64,000 nucleotides of DNA from a virus. Its lineage: Duplodnaviria; Heunggongvirae; Uroviricota; Caudoviricetes. Each line of letters starts with the position of its first letter. Position 1 is the first letter of the stretch. The translations under genes and the position numbers were made by a program. The notes beneath the pieces were generated by a model. That model was not told the DNA's origin, did no database searches, and saw only the letters and a program-made list of their open reading frames with translations. Shown in pieces: positions 1 through 8,402 of this stretch. The DNA is taken from IMG/VR virus record IMGVR_UViG_3300028559_000005. One strand, given 5' to 3'.

Positions 1-189
1 CGCTCTACTAGAGAGCCAGGGGGAGTAAAAGATATCCATTTTTCATGCCGTCTCACAGTGAATCCCAATTCACGTTTCAATACCCAACTTATAACAATAC
101 CGGCACCGTTATCAGCTAGTATTTTTTGCCAAACATCGTCCCAATGCTGAGTTGAGCAAAAGATAATGAGATTCTTTCTTACAATTATG

Positions 190-510
190 TTAGGTTTCAC
201 GGACATGACTCAAACTAAACCAGGACACTTCTTTGTCAGATGCCACATAGATACGATAGTCACGATATTCAGTCTGATATGCCCAATATGGATTTGATTC
301 TAGAGGAGCATTACGTGCCCTAGATTGCTTGTTCATTGTTACCTGCAACTCAGCTTCCTGTGCCCAGCCGTATGTTTCATTGAACCAACGCCGAGCTTGA
401 TCAAAGTCCAATGCGCCAGTGCCTGACGAATCACTCCTGAACTTAATCATGTAACGATATCTGTTTCGATGATTATGTCGATGATCTAGTTTGGCAATTT
501 CATATCGCAT
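190..510 (-). CDS. hypothetical protein (106 aa)
   Basis: Intact ORF directly downstream of the AAA+ ATPase gene on the same strand. No recognizable motif. Confidence 0.4.
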   Translation of the reverse strand: MRYEIAKLDHRHNHRNRYRYMIKFRSDSSGTGALDFDQARRWFNETYGWAQEAELQVTMNKQSRARNAPLESNPYWAYQTEYRDYRIYVASDKEVSWFSLSHVRET

Positions 511-545
511 GATGAAATATGGGGACCGTAGTCCCCATTCCTGTT

Positions 546-1631
546 TTAGCCTTGGGCTTGTAGCACGTACTTTCCAAACTTGCTGTGGAACTCATCAAAA
601 TGCTTGAGCTTTGTGGGTTTGAACGGCAAGTTGTAAGTGGTCAACGCAATGCGGGAACCCATCACAGTCAACTCAGTTTCAAAATTCCGCATCATGTAGC
701 TGAGGAAGTTATCAGCCATTTCGTGAAACTTCTTTTCATCCATTTTGCTTTCAACCGCAGCCTTGAGTTCGTAGCACATGGAAATAACCAGGCTATACAT
801 GGCGCTGATTTCTTTCACGTTCAAGTCCTTGACTTTGCCATTCAAAATATCAGCTGGATCAGGCATACGGCCCGACACCCTGCGATGAGCCATAAACTTC
901 ACTGCCAAGCCTTCACCAACAGTACCTGCTACCAAGTTGGTAAAGGTGTCGTCGTCGCCATCAGCGTCGTTCAACAGCTCGCTCACAAAGGTCCATGAGC
1001 GCGGAGTAGCAAATGCACGGCTTGAGCTCTTGGCATCAAAATCGTACAGGTCTTGTTTGGCAAAGCTCAAGTAACCAACCACGTCCTTGTGGATGTTGTT
1101 GAGCACTGCCCATTCTTGCCACGAAGCAAAGTCCACTTTCATTTCCTGGTGAATGAAACGATTTGCCAGCGGAGTGGGCATGCGATAAGTCACACCTTTA
1201 TCGCTTTCGCGGTTACCAGCTGCTACCATGACAACATTGTCCGGCAGCTTATATTTGCCAATGCGACGATTCAGAATCAGCTGATATGCAGCGGCCTGCA
1301 CACTGGCAGCGGCACTGTTAAGTTCGTCCAAGAACAGTACCACAATAGGATACTGACTAGCCAGTTCTTCGTCGGGCAGTTCCACAGGAGGTGCCCAATC
1401 CATCTTGCCAATTTCTTTGTTGTAAAAAGGAATACCACGAATGTCAGTGGGTTCCATCTGACCCAACCGCAGGTCAATCATATAACCGTTGAGGTCTCGA
1501 GTAATGCCTTCAACCAGCTCGCTCTTGCCAATGCCTGGGGGACCCCACAGGAACAAAGGACGCTTGACTTTGAATGCTTTGAGCAGGGATTTGTGCGCTT
1601 GGCGCGAAGTAACTGTACGTGATTCTGACAT
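546..1631 (-). CDS. AAA+ ATPase, MoxR/CobS-like
   Basis: Walker A LWGPPGIGKSE, Walker B VVLFLDELN, sensor AAGNRESDKG. The layout is typical of the MoxR/CbbQ/CobS family. An RBS-like GGAAAGGCACAGCCC-ATG sits upstream. Confidence 0.7.
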   Translation of the reverse strand: MSESRTVTSRQAHKSLLKAFKVKRPLFLWGPPGIGKSELVEGITRDLNGYMIDLRLGQMEPTDIRGIPFYNKEIGKMDWAPPVELPDEELASQYPIVVLFLDELNSAAASVQAAAYQLILNRRIGKYKLPDNVVMVAAGNRESDKGVTYRMPTPLANRFIHQEMKVDFASWQEWAVLNNIHKDVVGYLSFAKQDLYDFDAKSSSRAFATPRSWTFVSELLNDADGDDDTFTNLVAGTVGEGLAVKFMAHRRVSGRMPDPADILNGKVKDLNVKEISAMYSLVISMCYELKAAVESKMDEKKFHEMADNFLSYMMRNFETELTVMGSRIALTTYNLPFKPTKLKHFDEFHSKFGKYVLQAQG

Positions 1632-1700
1632 GGGCTGTGCCTTTCTAGGGTTGAAATTTAACTAACTAAGCTTCTATTGTAACAAAACACGATTTTTGTG

Positions 1701-1916
1701 TCAACTGTTAACTGTTGCAAAAGGGCTACAGTCTTCTTGGTCCTGGTTGACAGGATCTTCAGAAGGGTCTGCAACTTCATACACCCAATTGATGGGCACA
1801 TCAAGAAGTCGTGCAATAGTAACGGGCAGGTAGCCCTTGACTAACATATCGTCGATTTCAACGGCAAGACTGCTCATAGCACTCATAACTAACTCCTTTT
1901 TAACTACAATACACAT
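1701..1916 (-). CDS. hypothetical small protein (71 aa)
   Basis: ORF on the same strand between the ATPase and PP-loop genes. Weak support. Confidence 0.3.
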   Translation of the reverse strand: MCIVVKKELVMSAMSSLAVEIDDMLVKGYLPVTIARLLDVPINWVYEVADPSEDPVNQDQEDCSPFATVNS

Positions 1917-1937
1917 ATTATAGCAAAATGGCCATTA

Positions 1938-3080
1938 CTAGTCAACCTCTGTATCTATAGAGCCTAAACAATACATTCCGTCAACAAATCCTGTAAACCC
2001 TATAGGTTGACCATTGATTCTTTGGATGTAGCATTCGTTAATACTTTTTAATACATTTTTTACCCCGTACTCCCAGCTTTTTAAATATTTGAAATCAGAT
2101 GATTTTATATCCCACATCCACGTATCTGCTTCGTCGTAGATACAACTCGAGGCTTTTTTTGTTTGAAAAGCAGATAACTTTGTATAGTCATTGTAAATGA
2201 TATAACGAACCAGAGTGTCCCAGGTTTGTTTGCGTTGTTGTGTAAACGGAATGTTTCGATTGATTAATTTCAATGCATCTGGATTGGCTTGTAGATAGCG
2301 AAAAATTTCTCTAGATTGAGCCAATACTAACTCAGGCATATCAGGAGTCCAATAAAATAATTCACAGGTTCTCTTGAATGAATTTTGTGGATTGGTGTTT
2401 GCCAACTTATCTAAAAAATAGCAAAAAACTTTACCATTGTCATACCAAACCTGCGGCTTATCAATGCCAAAGATGATAGCTGTATTCTTGCCGGCATTTA
2501 TTGCGTCTAGCTCACTTTTTCCAATTGCATTAACTTTAAAATATACACCGGGATTAAGATGGTCTTGGGCATAGAACCAATCGTTGTCTGTTAGCTCTGC
2601 GTTTAAAATTTGATCACTCCAGTCTTGGATTTCAAATTTAGTGTTTGGTAATAGTTCTTTATATTTGTTAATCATTGGTAGGATTGTTAGTTCCCATTCG
2701 TTGATAACATTCGATGGGTGATCGCTAGTGCCTGTATTGTATTTTTTATAAGTTGCTTCGATTGGCCATCTTATAAAAATCTCGTCAATATGAGTATTAC
2801 TATCAATAAATGCTTTTAACACAGTCCAACTATCACTACCCCCACTAAAACTCAGTATTAGGTATTCGTATTTGTTTCTGAGTTGGCGGGCTCGCTGTTG
2901 ATAAAAATAGTCAAGACTGAATGGAACATCGTCTTGCCAATTTAATTTAGAGTATATTTCGTTATGAAAATGCCAAGTTGGTGTAACTCCTAATTGTGTG
3001 GCCCGGACCAAGGCCGAAGCCTTGTGTGTAAAAATTTCAGAGCCAACTTTGTAAAACCCAAATTGATATCGATCAGTCAT
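1938..3080 (-). CDS. PP-loop (adenine nucleotide alpha-hydrolase) superfamily ATP pyrophosphatase
   Basis: SGGxDS PP-loop motif (LILSFSGGSDSWTVL). 380 aa. No QueC-type Cys cluster, so it is not assigned to QueC. Confidence 0.55.
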   Translation of the reverse strand: MTDRYQFGFYKVGSEIFTHKASALVRATQLGVTPTWHFHNEIYSKLNWQDDVPFSLDYFYQQRARQLRNKYEYLILSFSGGSDSWTVLKAFIDSNTHIDEIFIRWPIEATYKKYNTGTSDHPSNVINEWELTILPMINKYKELLPNTKFEIQDWSDQILNAELTDNDWFYAQDHLNPGVYFKVNAIGKSELDAINAGKNTAIIFGIDKPQVWYDNGKVFCYFLDKLANTNPQNSFKRTCELFYWTPDMPELVLAQSREIFRYLQANPDALKLINRNIPFTQQRKQTWDTLVRYIIYNDYTKLSAFQTKKASSCIYDEADTWMWDIKSSDFKYLKSWEYGVKNVLKSINECYIQRINGQPIGFTGFVDGMYCLGSIDTEVD

Positions 3081-3084
3081 ACAA

Positions 3085-4014
3085 TTATTTGTTGCTTATA
3101 CGATTGACAAGAGGCCGAAATCTTATCAAGTCTCTTTTTATCAATGATACCAGTAAAGTTGAGTTTTGATCTGGTAATTGCAATCCTAAATTCAATAATT
3201 TTTCTTTAGTAATAGGGCGGTTTATACTTTTAACAATAAGATCATTGTAAAATTTTATCATATCATCTGGTGCGTTAGCTGGCAGACTAACCCCATACCA
3301 ACTATGTGTAACAATTCCCGGTAGATATTGATCAACAGTAATTTGATTGGCAGTTTTAGTATTAGTTGTTGCTAATACTTTTAGTTTGCCAGACTCAACA
3401 AATCGATTCAGTGGTGAAACTCCTGAGTCAACAACCAAGTCAATTCTACCCTCAACCAAGTCCGGTATTAACGGTACTGTACCGTTGTAAGAAACATGAG
3501 TGATAGGTTGTCTGATTTGATCTTCAATTAGCCTGATTACAAATTCACCACCTGCAAATGGTGATCCCCATGTGTAGTTTCTGCGACCACTGAGAATGTC
3601 ATTGATAACTTGTCTCATATCCCCAGGAACCTTGGTAGGATTGGCATAGATACGGTTTTCTACGGTGCCGATTGTTCTTAGATGACTAAAATCCTCAAGT
3701 ATATCATAAGTTGCACCTGGTTGTTGTAGAAGCTTACTATACAGGTTAGCGGTAGCAGTTAGCATCAGTGTGTATCCGTCTGGGCGAGAGGTAGCAACGC
3801 GATTTGCGGCAATTGCTCCAACAGCACCGGGTTGATTAACTACTATTGTAGAATATCCTTGAAGCGTAAAGCTCTCGGCCATGATTCGTGCTAGGTTGTC
3901 AACGGTACCGCCAACTGGGAATCCAACAACAATAGTAATTTCTTTTTTGGGCTCCCATGCATACAAAGAAGTCATAGAAAGAGTCAAAAAAATACTTAAT
4001 AAAAGTTTTTTCAT
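3085..4014 (-). CDS. TctC/Bug-family periplasmic solute-binding protein with signal peptide
   Basis: N-terminal signal MKKLLLSIFLTLSMTSLYA. Core IVVGFPVGGTVDNLARI...VVNQPGAVGAIAANRVATSRPDGYTLM matches the tripartite tricarboxylate transporter TctC / Bug family. Confidence 0.65.
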   Translation of the reverse strand: MKKLLLSIFLTLSMTSLYAWEPKKEITIVVGFPVGGTVDNLARIMAESFTLQGYSTIVVNQPGAVGAIAANRVATSRPDGYTLMLTATANLYSKLLQQPGATYDILEDFSHLRTIGTVENRIYANPTKVPGDMRQVINDILSGRRNYTWGSPFAGGEFVIRLIEDQIRQPITHVSYNGTVPLIPDLVEGRIDLVVDSGVSPLNRFVESGKLKVLATTNTKTANQITVDQYLPGIVTHSWYGVSLPANAPDDMIKFYNDLIVKSINRPITKEKLLNLGLQLPDQNSTLLVSLIKRDLIRFRPLVNRISNK

Positions 4015-4278
4015 TTTAAATCCTTGGTTATGTAATTTAAATGCTGGTAGAGGAACTCTACTTACGGTAGGCGTTCTGTAGTATAATACTACAGTAAAGA
4101 CATCTCAATGTCAAGCGTCTATTTTAATACCGACGTCGGAAGAACCCGGCGTTGCAATGGTACTTATCCTTTGAATTTTTGTCAAAAAAAAAACCCACCG
4201 AGGCAGGCTTTTGAGTTTCTGTTACAAGGTATGTCTTACCCCGAGCAGTGTTTAGGCTGCAATTTTACTCAGTCGAGA

Positions 4279-4440
4279 TTAATTTTCTGATGATTTTTTT
4301 CTAGGAGCAGCTTGGCGACCAACAAGATCAGCTTGGATCATGCTTCGGCGAATCTCGCCGCGTAGGTGAGGGTCTACAATAACTGCTAATTGACGTTTGA
4401 TGCTTTTGGGCATGCGATAATTTGGGCCTGGTTTAATCAT
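4279..4440 (-). CDS. small basic ORF (about 53 aa), translationally coupled
   Basis: ATG overlaps the stop of the upstream repeat protein (AAATGA). Hand-translated MIKPGPNYRMPKSIKRQLAVIVDPHLRGEIRR... It is below the ORF-track size cutoff. Confidence 0.25.
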   Translation of the reverse strand: MIKPGPNYRMPKSIKRQLAVIVDPHLRGEIRRSMIQADLVGRQAAPRKKSSEN

Positions 4441-6155
4441 TTATTTCCTTTGGGTTGTGCTTTTTCCATCTTTACTAATCTATCAGCTAAATCTATCAAT
4501 TTGTCCTGCACTGGTTTTGGCAATGCATCAAACGTGGCCTGATCGGGCACTGCTTTTTTGTAATTTGCTATTATGCGATCAAACTCAGCTTTATCTTCTG
4601 CGCTCATGGTGTTGGGTGCCATTGCTTTGGTCAGTTGATTCCAGGCTACATAGCCAATTCCTCCAACCATTGCTGCTTTTGTAGCTATGCTAGTGGCCGG
4701 AGCAATTATGTTGTTACCAATTCCTTTATAAATGTCTTGACCAGCTCGTCGAGCCGCTCTCCATGCAATCCGGCCTAGTCCTTCATCTACTATGTCACGA
4801 TCACGTGCCAGTTGTTCACTTAGTGTTTTGTATTCACGACTTTCAAAGTTATTTTTCTTTAATAACTTTTCAAGATCAGCTACAACAGTATTAACAGTTG
4901 GTACCGCTGCTGTTGCAGCTGGTGTAGCTGCCGGTGTAGCTGCTGTTGCAGCTGGTGTAGCTGCCGGTGTAGCTGCCGGTGTAGCTGCTGTTGCAGCTGG
5001 TGTAGCTGCCGGTGTAGCTGCCGGTGTTGCAGCTTGTTGTGTTGCCGTTGGTGTAGAATATCCTGTATCAACGGCTAGTTTTTCTAGATCTGTCAGAACT
5101 TTATGTATACGAGATTGTGTATCGGGCGGTAACGTATTTGCAATTTTAGGATCTTTGATAAAACTCATGACCACAGGAAGATTCTGTTTGACCACCGCTT
5201 GATCAGCATCATTCATGCCTTCTAGATTGTTGGAATCTTTGTATGCATCATACAGCATCTTACCTATATCCCAGACAGTGTATGCTGCACCAGCAGCGCC
5301 TATTAGTGGAGCAAGTGGACCTGATAATGCTGCGGCTCCTGCTGTTCGGGCACCTAATCCAGGCAATTTAGAAAGAATTTGTTGCCCGGCTTTAGATACC
5401 CAGCCGGATGGCTTTAGTTCTACAGCCTTTGCAGGTGCAGTTGGTGCACCGCTGGGTTTGTTGAATCGATCGTATACAGAAGGCTGAGCCGCTGCTGATG
5501 CTGCCGGAGGTTGAGCCGCTACTGCTGTAGGAGGAACATAGCCTCCTTTTTGTATCATTGGTTGCTGAAATCCTGGAGTTTCTTGAGCATCCAGATCTGG
5601 CGGAATTCTCTGTGCAATACGTGCTTGATATTCGTTTGGGGTTAGTTGGCGATCGACTTCGTAAATTCGACTTTCTGAAACTTTGATCTTGCCTTTGTAC
5701 TTGGCAACAATTGATTCAATGGCACTCAGTGCAGCATTCAATTTGCTAGTATCCACAGCAGGGGTAGCAGCTTGTGCAATACTGAGATCAGCATATTTGG
5801 CTGCAATGTTGGGATACTTGGCCATGGCAGCAGTGGTCAACGGGCCTATGTCACCGTCTATGCCATCACGATTTGCACCTGTGGCACCTAATTCAGCACC
5901 AGCAGCTTTGAGCTCTGCTTGCAATTTTTTAATACGACCCACATCGCCGCCACCTGTTGAACCACCTTGTGTCACTGGTGCAGGACGATCCGCTGCACCT
6001 CCGGCTACAAATTGATGTTTCAATGCCTGATGTTGACTTTGTGGTGTGCCACATACCACACAGCGAGGTTCTGAACTCGGTTGTGTAGGGTTAGATAATT
6101 CTGGATCTGCCTCATTCAAGAGATCAAGGTACCGACGAAATTGATTAGTGCTCAT
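4437..6155 (-). CDS. peptidoglycan-binding domain protein with Ala/Thr/Pro tandem-repeat linker
   Basis: PG_binding_1-like segment LQAELKAAGAELGATGANRDGIDGDIGPLTTAAMAKY. Long (ATPAATPAATPAATA)n tract encoded by the 15-bp tandem DNA repeat at 4905-5035. Lys-rich C-terminus. Confidence 0.55.
   Translation of the reverse strand: MSTNQFRRYLDLLNEADPELSNPTQPSSEPRCVVCGTPQSQHQALKHQFVAGGAADRPAPVTQGGSTGGGDVGRIKKLQAELKAAGAELGATGANRDGIDGDIGPLTTAAMAKYPNIAAKYADLSIAQAATPAVDTSKLNAALSAIESIVAKYKGKIKVSESRIYEVDRQLTPNEYQARIAQRIPPDLDAQETPGFQQPMIQKGGYVPPTAVAAQPPAASAAAQPSVYDRFNKPSGAPTAPAKAVELKPSGWVSKAGQQILSKLPGLGARTAGAAALSGPLAPLIGAAGAAYTVWDIGKMLYDAYKDSNNLEGMNDADQAVVKQNLPVVMSFIKDPKIANTLPPDTQSRIHKVLTDLEKLAVDTGYSTPTATQQAATPAATPAATPAATAATPAATPAATPAATAATPAATPAATAAVPTVNTVVADLEKLLKKNNFESREYKTLSEQLARDRDIVDEGLGRIAWRAARRAGQDIYKGIGNNIIAPATSIATKAAMVGGIGYVAWNQLTKAMAPNTMSAEDKAEFDRIIANYKKAVPDQATFDALPKPVQDKLIDLADRLVKMEKAQPKGNK
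4905..5035. repeat. in-frame 15-bp tandem repeat (gctgccggtgtagct / gctgttgcagctggt units)
   Basis: About 8-9 near-identical units are visible. They encode the ATPAATPAA linker of the 572-aa protein. Confidence 0.8.
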
Positions 6156-6191
6156 GCAGATATTTACCTTTTTTCACAAGCACTGTCTACA

Positions 6192-6425
6192 TCAATATTT
6201 CCTGTGATGGCTTTTGCTTGCAATGTCTTGAGGTTTATACAACCAGCTACGATTCACAAAACCTTGTTCAATTTCACGTAGAGCTGTGACTGCATGACTA
6301 GTCACGTTGGTTACTTTGGGCATGTCACCACGTGCCAGTTCTCGTGCTCGACGAGCTGCAATCAGTACCAAATCGTAACGGTTACCAATCATTGCTACTG
6401 CATCTTGACTAGTGAGTCTTGCCAT
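6192..6425 (-). CDS. rpoZ: RNA polymerase omega subunit (RpoZ) homolog
   Basis: MARLTSQDAVAMIGNRYDLVLIAARRARELA...ALREIEQGFVN aligns closely with E. coli RpoZ [31 protein letters not shown]...ALREIEEGLIN. The start is trimmed to the internal ATG preceded by AGGAGA. Confidence 0.6.
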   Translation of the reverse strand: MARLTSQDAVAMIGNRYDLVLIAARRARELARGDMPKVTNVTSHAVTALREIEQGFVNRSWLYKPQDIASKSHHRKY

Positions 6426-6577
6426 ATTTTTCTCCTGGGGGTTGTTGATAGTTACAGTATACAACGAATCACACACGTAGTCAAGTCAGAACTGTTTCAA
6501 TTTGGTGATATCCAATGCGTTCGAAGTATTCTGTTTGTGTGCCTATGCTAGTATATAGTGATTGAGAAATAACAGTC

Positions 6578-6615
6578 AAAAGAAAGCCCGCCGAAGCGGG
6601 CCTCTGTTATTTTTG
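6578..6615. terminator. bidirectional rho-independent terminator
   Basis: GC hairpin gcccgc-cgaa-gcgggc flanked by a T-run on the plus strand (ctctgttattttt) and a T-rich run on the minus strand (tttcttttg). It lies between tRNA-Thr and rpoZ. Confidence 0.55.
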
Positions 6616-6927
6616 GTTACAAGGTATAACTACCTCGTGGAGGTCACGCTGCTAGGCGTTCTTCTCCAAAGTATGCATCGTTTGCATTTAGGTTTTTTGT
6701 GTCTACGACCGGGTTACCCCAATCCTAACGGCTTCTACATTGCCGGACTGTCCAGTCAAATACTGCACCGACTGTCGAATCTAAGACCGGCCCATCATAA
6801 AAACACCGTATGCTCTTATGGTGGACCGGGCGGGGCACCGCCCCCCGCGTCCAGTCAATTGTTCTTTTTCCTTCATACAGTCTTAACTTACAGTATATAT
6901 TTATTTCTACATGCTGTCAAGTGAATT

Positions 6928-7002
6928 TGGTGCTGATAGCAGGATTTGAACCTACGACCTCTTTCATACCAAGAAAGCACACTACCTCTGTGTTATATCA
7001 GC
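6928..7002 (-). tRNA. tRNA-Thr (anticodon GGT)
   Basis: Acceptor GCTGATA/TATCAGC with discriminator A and encoded CCA. Anticodon arm CTTTC-TTGGTAT-GAAAG. T-arm GTAGG-TTCAAAT-CCTGC. Confidence 0.7.
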
Positions 7003-7063
7003 AAATTAATTTAGTGGAAGACCTCTTGCTGCTCTTCCGTTTCCTCTGTTTTTACCTTTCCAT

Positions 7064-7894
7064 GTGTCAGTAAAATATATATACACTATGGCCAAACTAA
7101 CAAACTTTCCCACAGTGAATTATATCACACTATACGAGAACATAGATCGAATGGAGTTTATGAATGCTCAATTGACTAGATATAGTATACGTTACATGCC
7201 ATGTTTGAATCACAGATATACTACATTTCAACATAAAGTTAATATTTTGTGGCCAGAAGTTGTCAAAGAGGATGCTGAAACATTTCAAGGATTCAGCCAT
7301 CCAGGTACGATTATTAGTTATTTGACTGCAATGAAAAATTGGTATGATACAACCAATGAAGAACATGTGATATTTTGTGATGACGACATGAGTTTTGAAT
7401 CTATTGACCATTGGAGTTTTACCTGGCAAGAGTTTGTAGATAACTTGCCCACTGATTGGGAAGCTGTACACTTAGTACGTATTAATAATTGGCATGTTGG
7501 ATTGATTAACAATGCTATCAAATTTGAAATACCATCACTGCAACTACGAAAAAAAGAATGGGACGATTTTGGTGGTGCCGGACTGTTCAAACGTGAATAC
7601 ATTAAAAAAATATTAGATCGACATTGGATAGATGCTTTAAATTATGATTTTAGAATACCCTATAATGACGGCTCCACAATGTTTTATTATGCAACTATTG
7701 AAAATACATTATTCAATGGATTATGTGATACAGTTTACAATATTCCACTATTGTTAGAATATCCTGGATTTCCAACCACAATGAACGTACAAAGAATGTT
7801 ATATTCTCATGACAGGTCCTACGAATACTATTCAACACTATGGAAAATGTACGGTAGAGATTTTCCACTGCGGTATATCATGAATCAAACATGA
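7064..7894 (+). CDS. hypothetical protein (276 aa), possible glycosyltransferase
   Basis: Plus-strand ORF in a minus-strand neighbourhood. Weak resemblance to GT25-type N-terminus (NYITLYENIDRMEFMNAQL). No decisive motif. Confidence 0.35.
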   Translation: MSVKYIYTMAKLTNFPTVNYITLYENIDRMEFMNAQLTRYSIRYMPCLNHRYTTFQHKVNILWPEVVKEDAETFQGFSHPGTIISYLTAMKNWYDTTNEEHVIFCDDDMSFESIDHWSFTWQEFVDNLPTDWEAVHLVRINNWHVGLINNAIKFEIPSLQLRKKEWDDFGGAGLFKREYIKKILDRHWIDALNYDFRIPYNDGSTMFYYATIENTLFNGLCDTVYNIPLLLEYPGFPTTMNVQRMLYSHDRSYEYYSTLWKMYGRDFPLRYIMNQT

Positions 7895-7901
7895 AATTTT
7901 A

Positions 7902-7979
7902 TGGAGCGACTGGCAGGACTCGAACCTGCATGAATCCTTTAGCTTTCTCTTGGTTCGAAGCCAAGCGGCATACAGTCGC
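7902..7979 (-). tRNA. tRNA-like gene, identity uncertain (possible anticodon TCG)
   Basis: Perfect acceptor GCGACTG/CAGTCGC, discriminator T, encoded CCA. T-arm GCAGG-TTCGAGT-CCTGC. The D-arm is abnormal or short. Candidate anticodon arm CTTGG-CTTCGAA-CCAAG. Confidence 0.45.
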
Positions 7980-8075
7980 AATCTATCCGTTGAACGCTCG
8001 GCCCTGAAGAAGAACCCTGCCGTATATAACAACTTCTGGGAGTGGCAGTTACACAGAGGGCAGGGCCGTGTTATC

Positions 8076-8167
8076 TGGCGGAGAGCAGAGGAGTCGAACC
8101 CCATCCCATTTCTGAGAACCTGGTTTTCAAGGCCAGTCGCAGGACCATCCCCGCTGCATTACTCTCC
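8076..8167 (-). tRNA. tRNA-Ser (anticodon TGA), type II
   Basis: 92 nt. Acceptor GGAGAGT/GCTCTCC with encoded CCA. Anticodon loop CTTGAAA. Long variable arm. T-arm GGGGTTCGACTCCTC. Confidence 0.55.
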
Positions 8168-8308
8168 AAATTGGTGGGATTCGTTTTGAGGCCGGTCCCG
8201 ATGAGTAGATCACTACTGCCTATTACGTTGTGTTTGTACCATTGCTTGCTCAAGGATTTACCGCGGTACCTTGTAACTCATACCAATAACGTAATCTATC
8301 TTCTGCTC

Positions 8309-8383
8309 TGGAGCGGACAGCGGGAATCGAACCCGCAATTTAACTTTGGCAAAGTTATGTGTTACCACTAGCACCATGCCCGC
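8309..8383 (-). tRNA. tRNA-Gly (anticodon GCC)
   Basis: Acceptor GCGGGCA/TGTCCGC, discriminator T, encoded CCA. Anticodon arm TAACT-TTGCCAA-AGTTA. T-arm GCGGG-TTCGATT-CCCGC. Confidence 0.65.
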
Positions 8384-8402
8384 TTATGTTGTTATTATAT
8401 AT

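Noticed and set aside
585-1622. Plus-strand ORFs 585..998 and 1053..1622
   Set aside because: They lie entirely inside the well-supported AAA+ ATPase gene on the other strand. Shadow ORFs.
4905-5035. Possible CRISPR-like regular repeats
   Set aside because: Units are 15 bp, contiguous, with no spacers. They are in-frame, encoding an Ala/Thr/Pro linker. This is a coding tandem repeat, not CRISPR.
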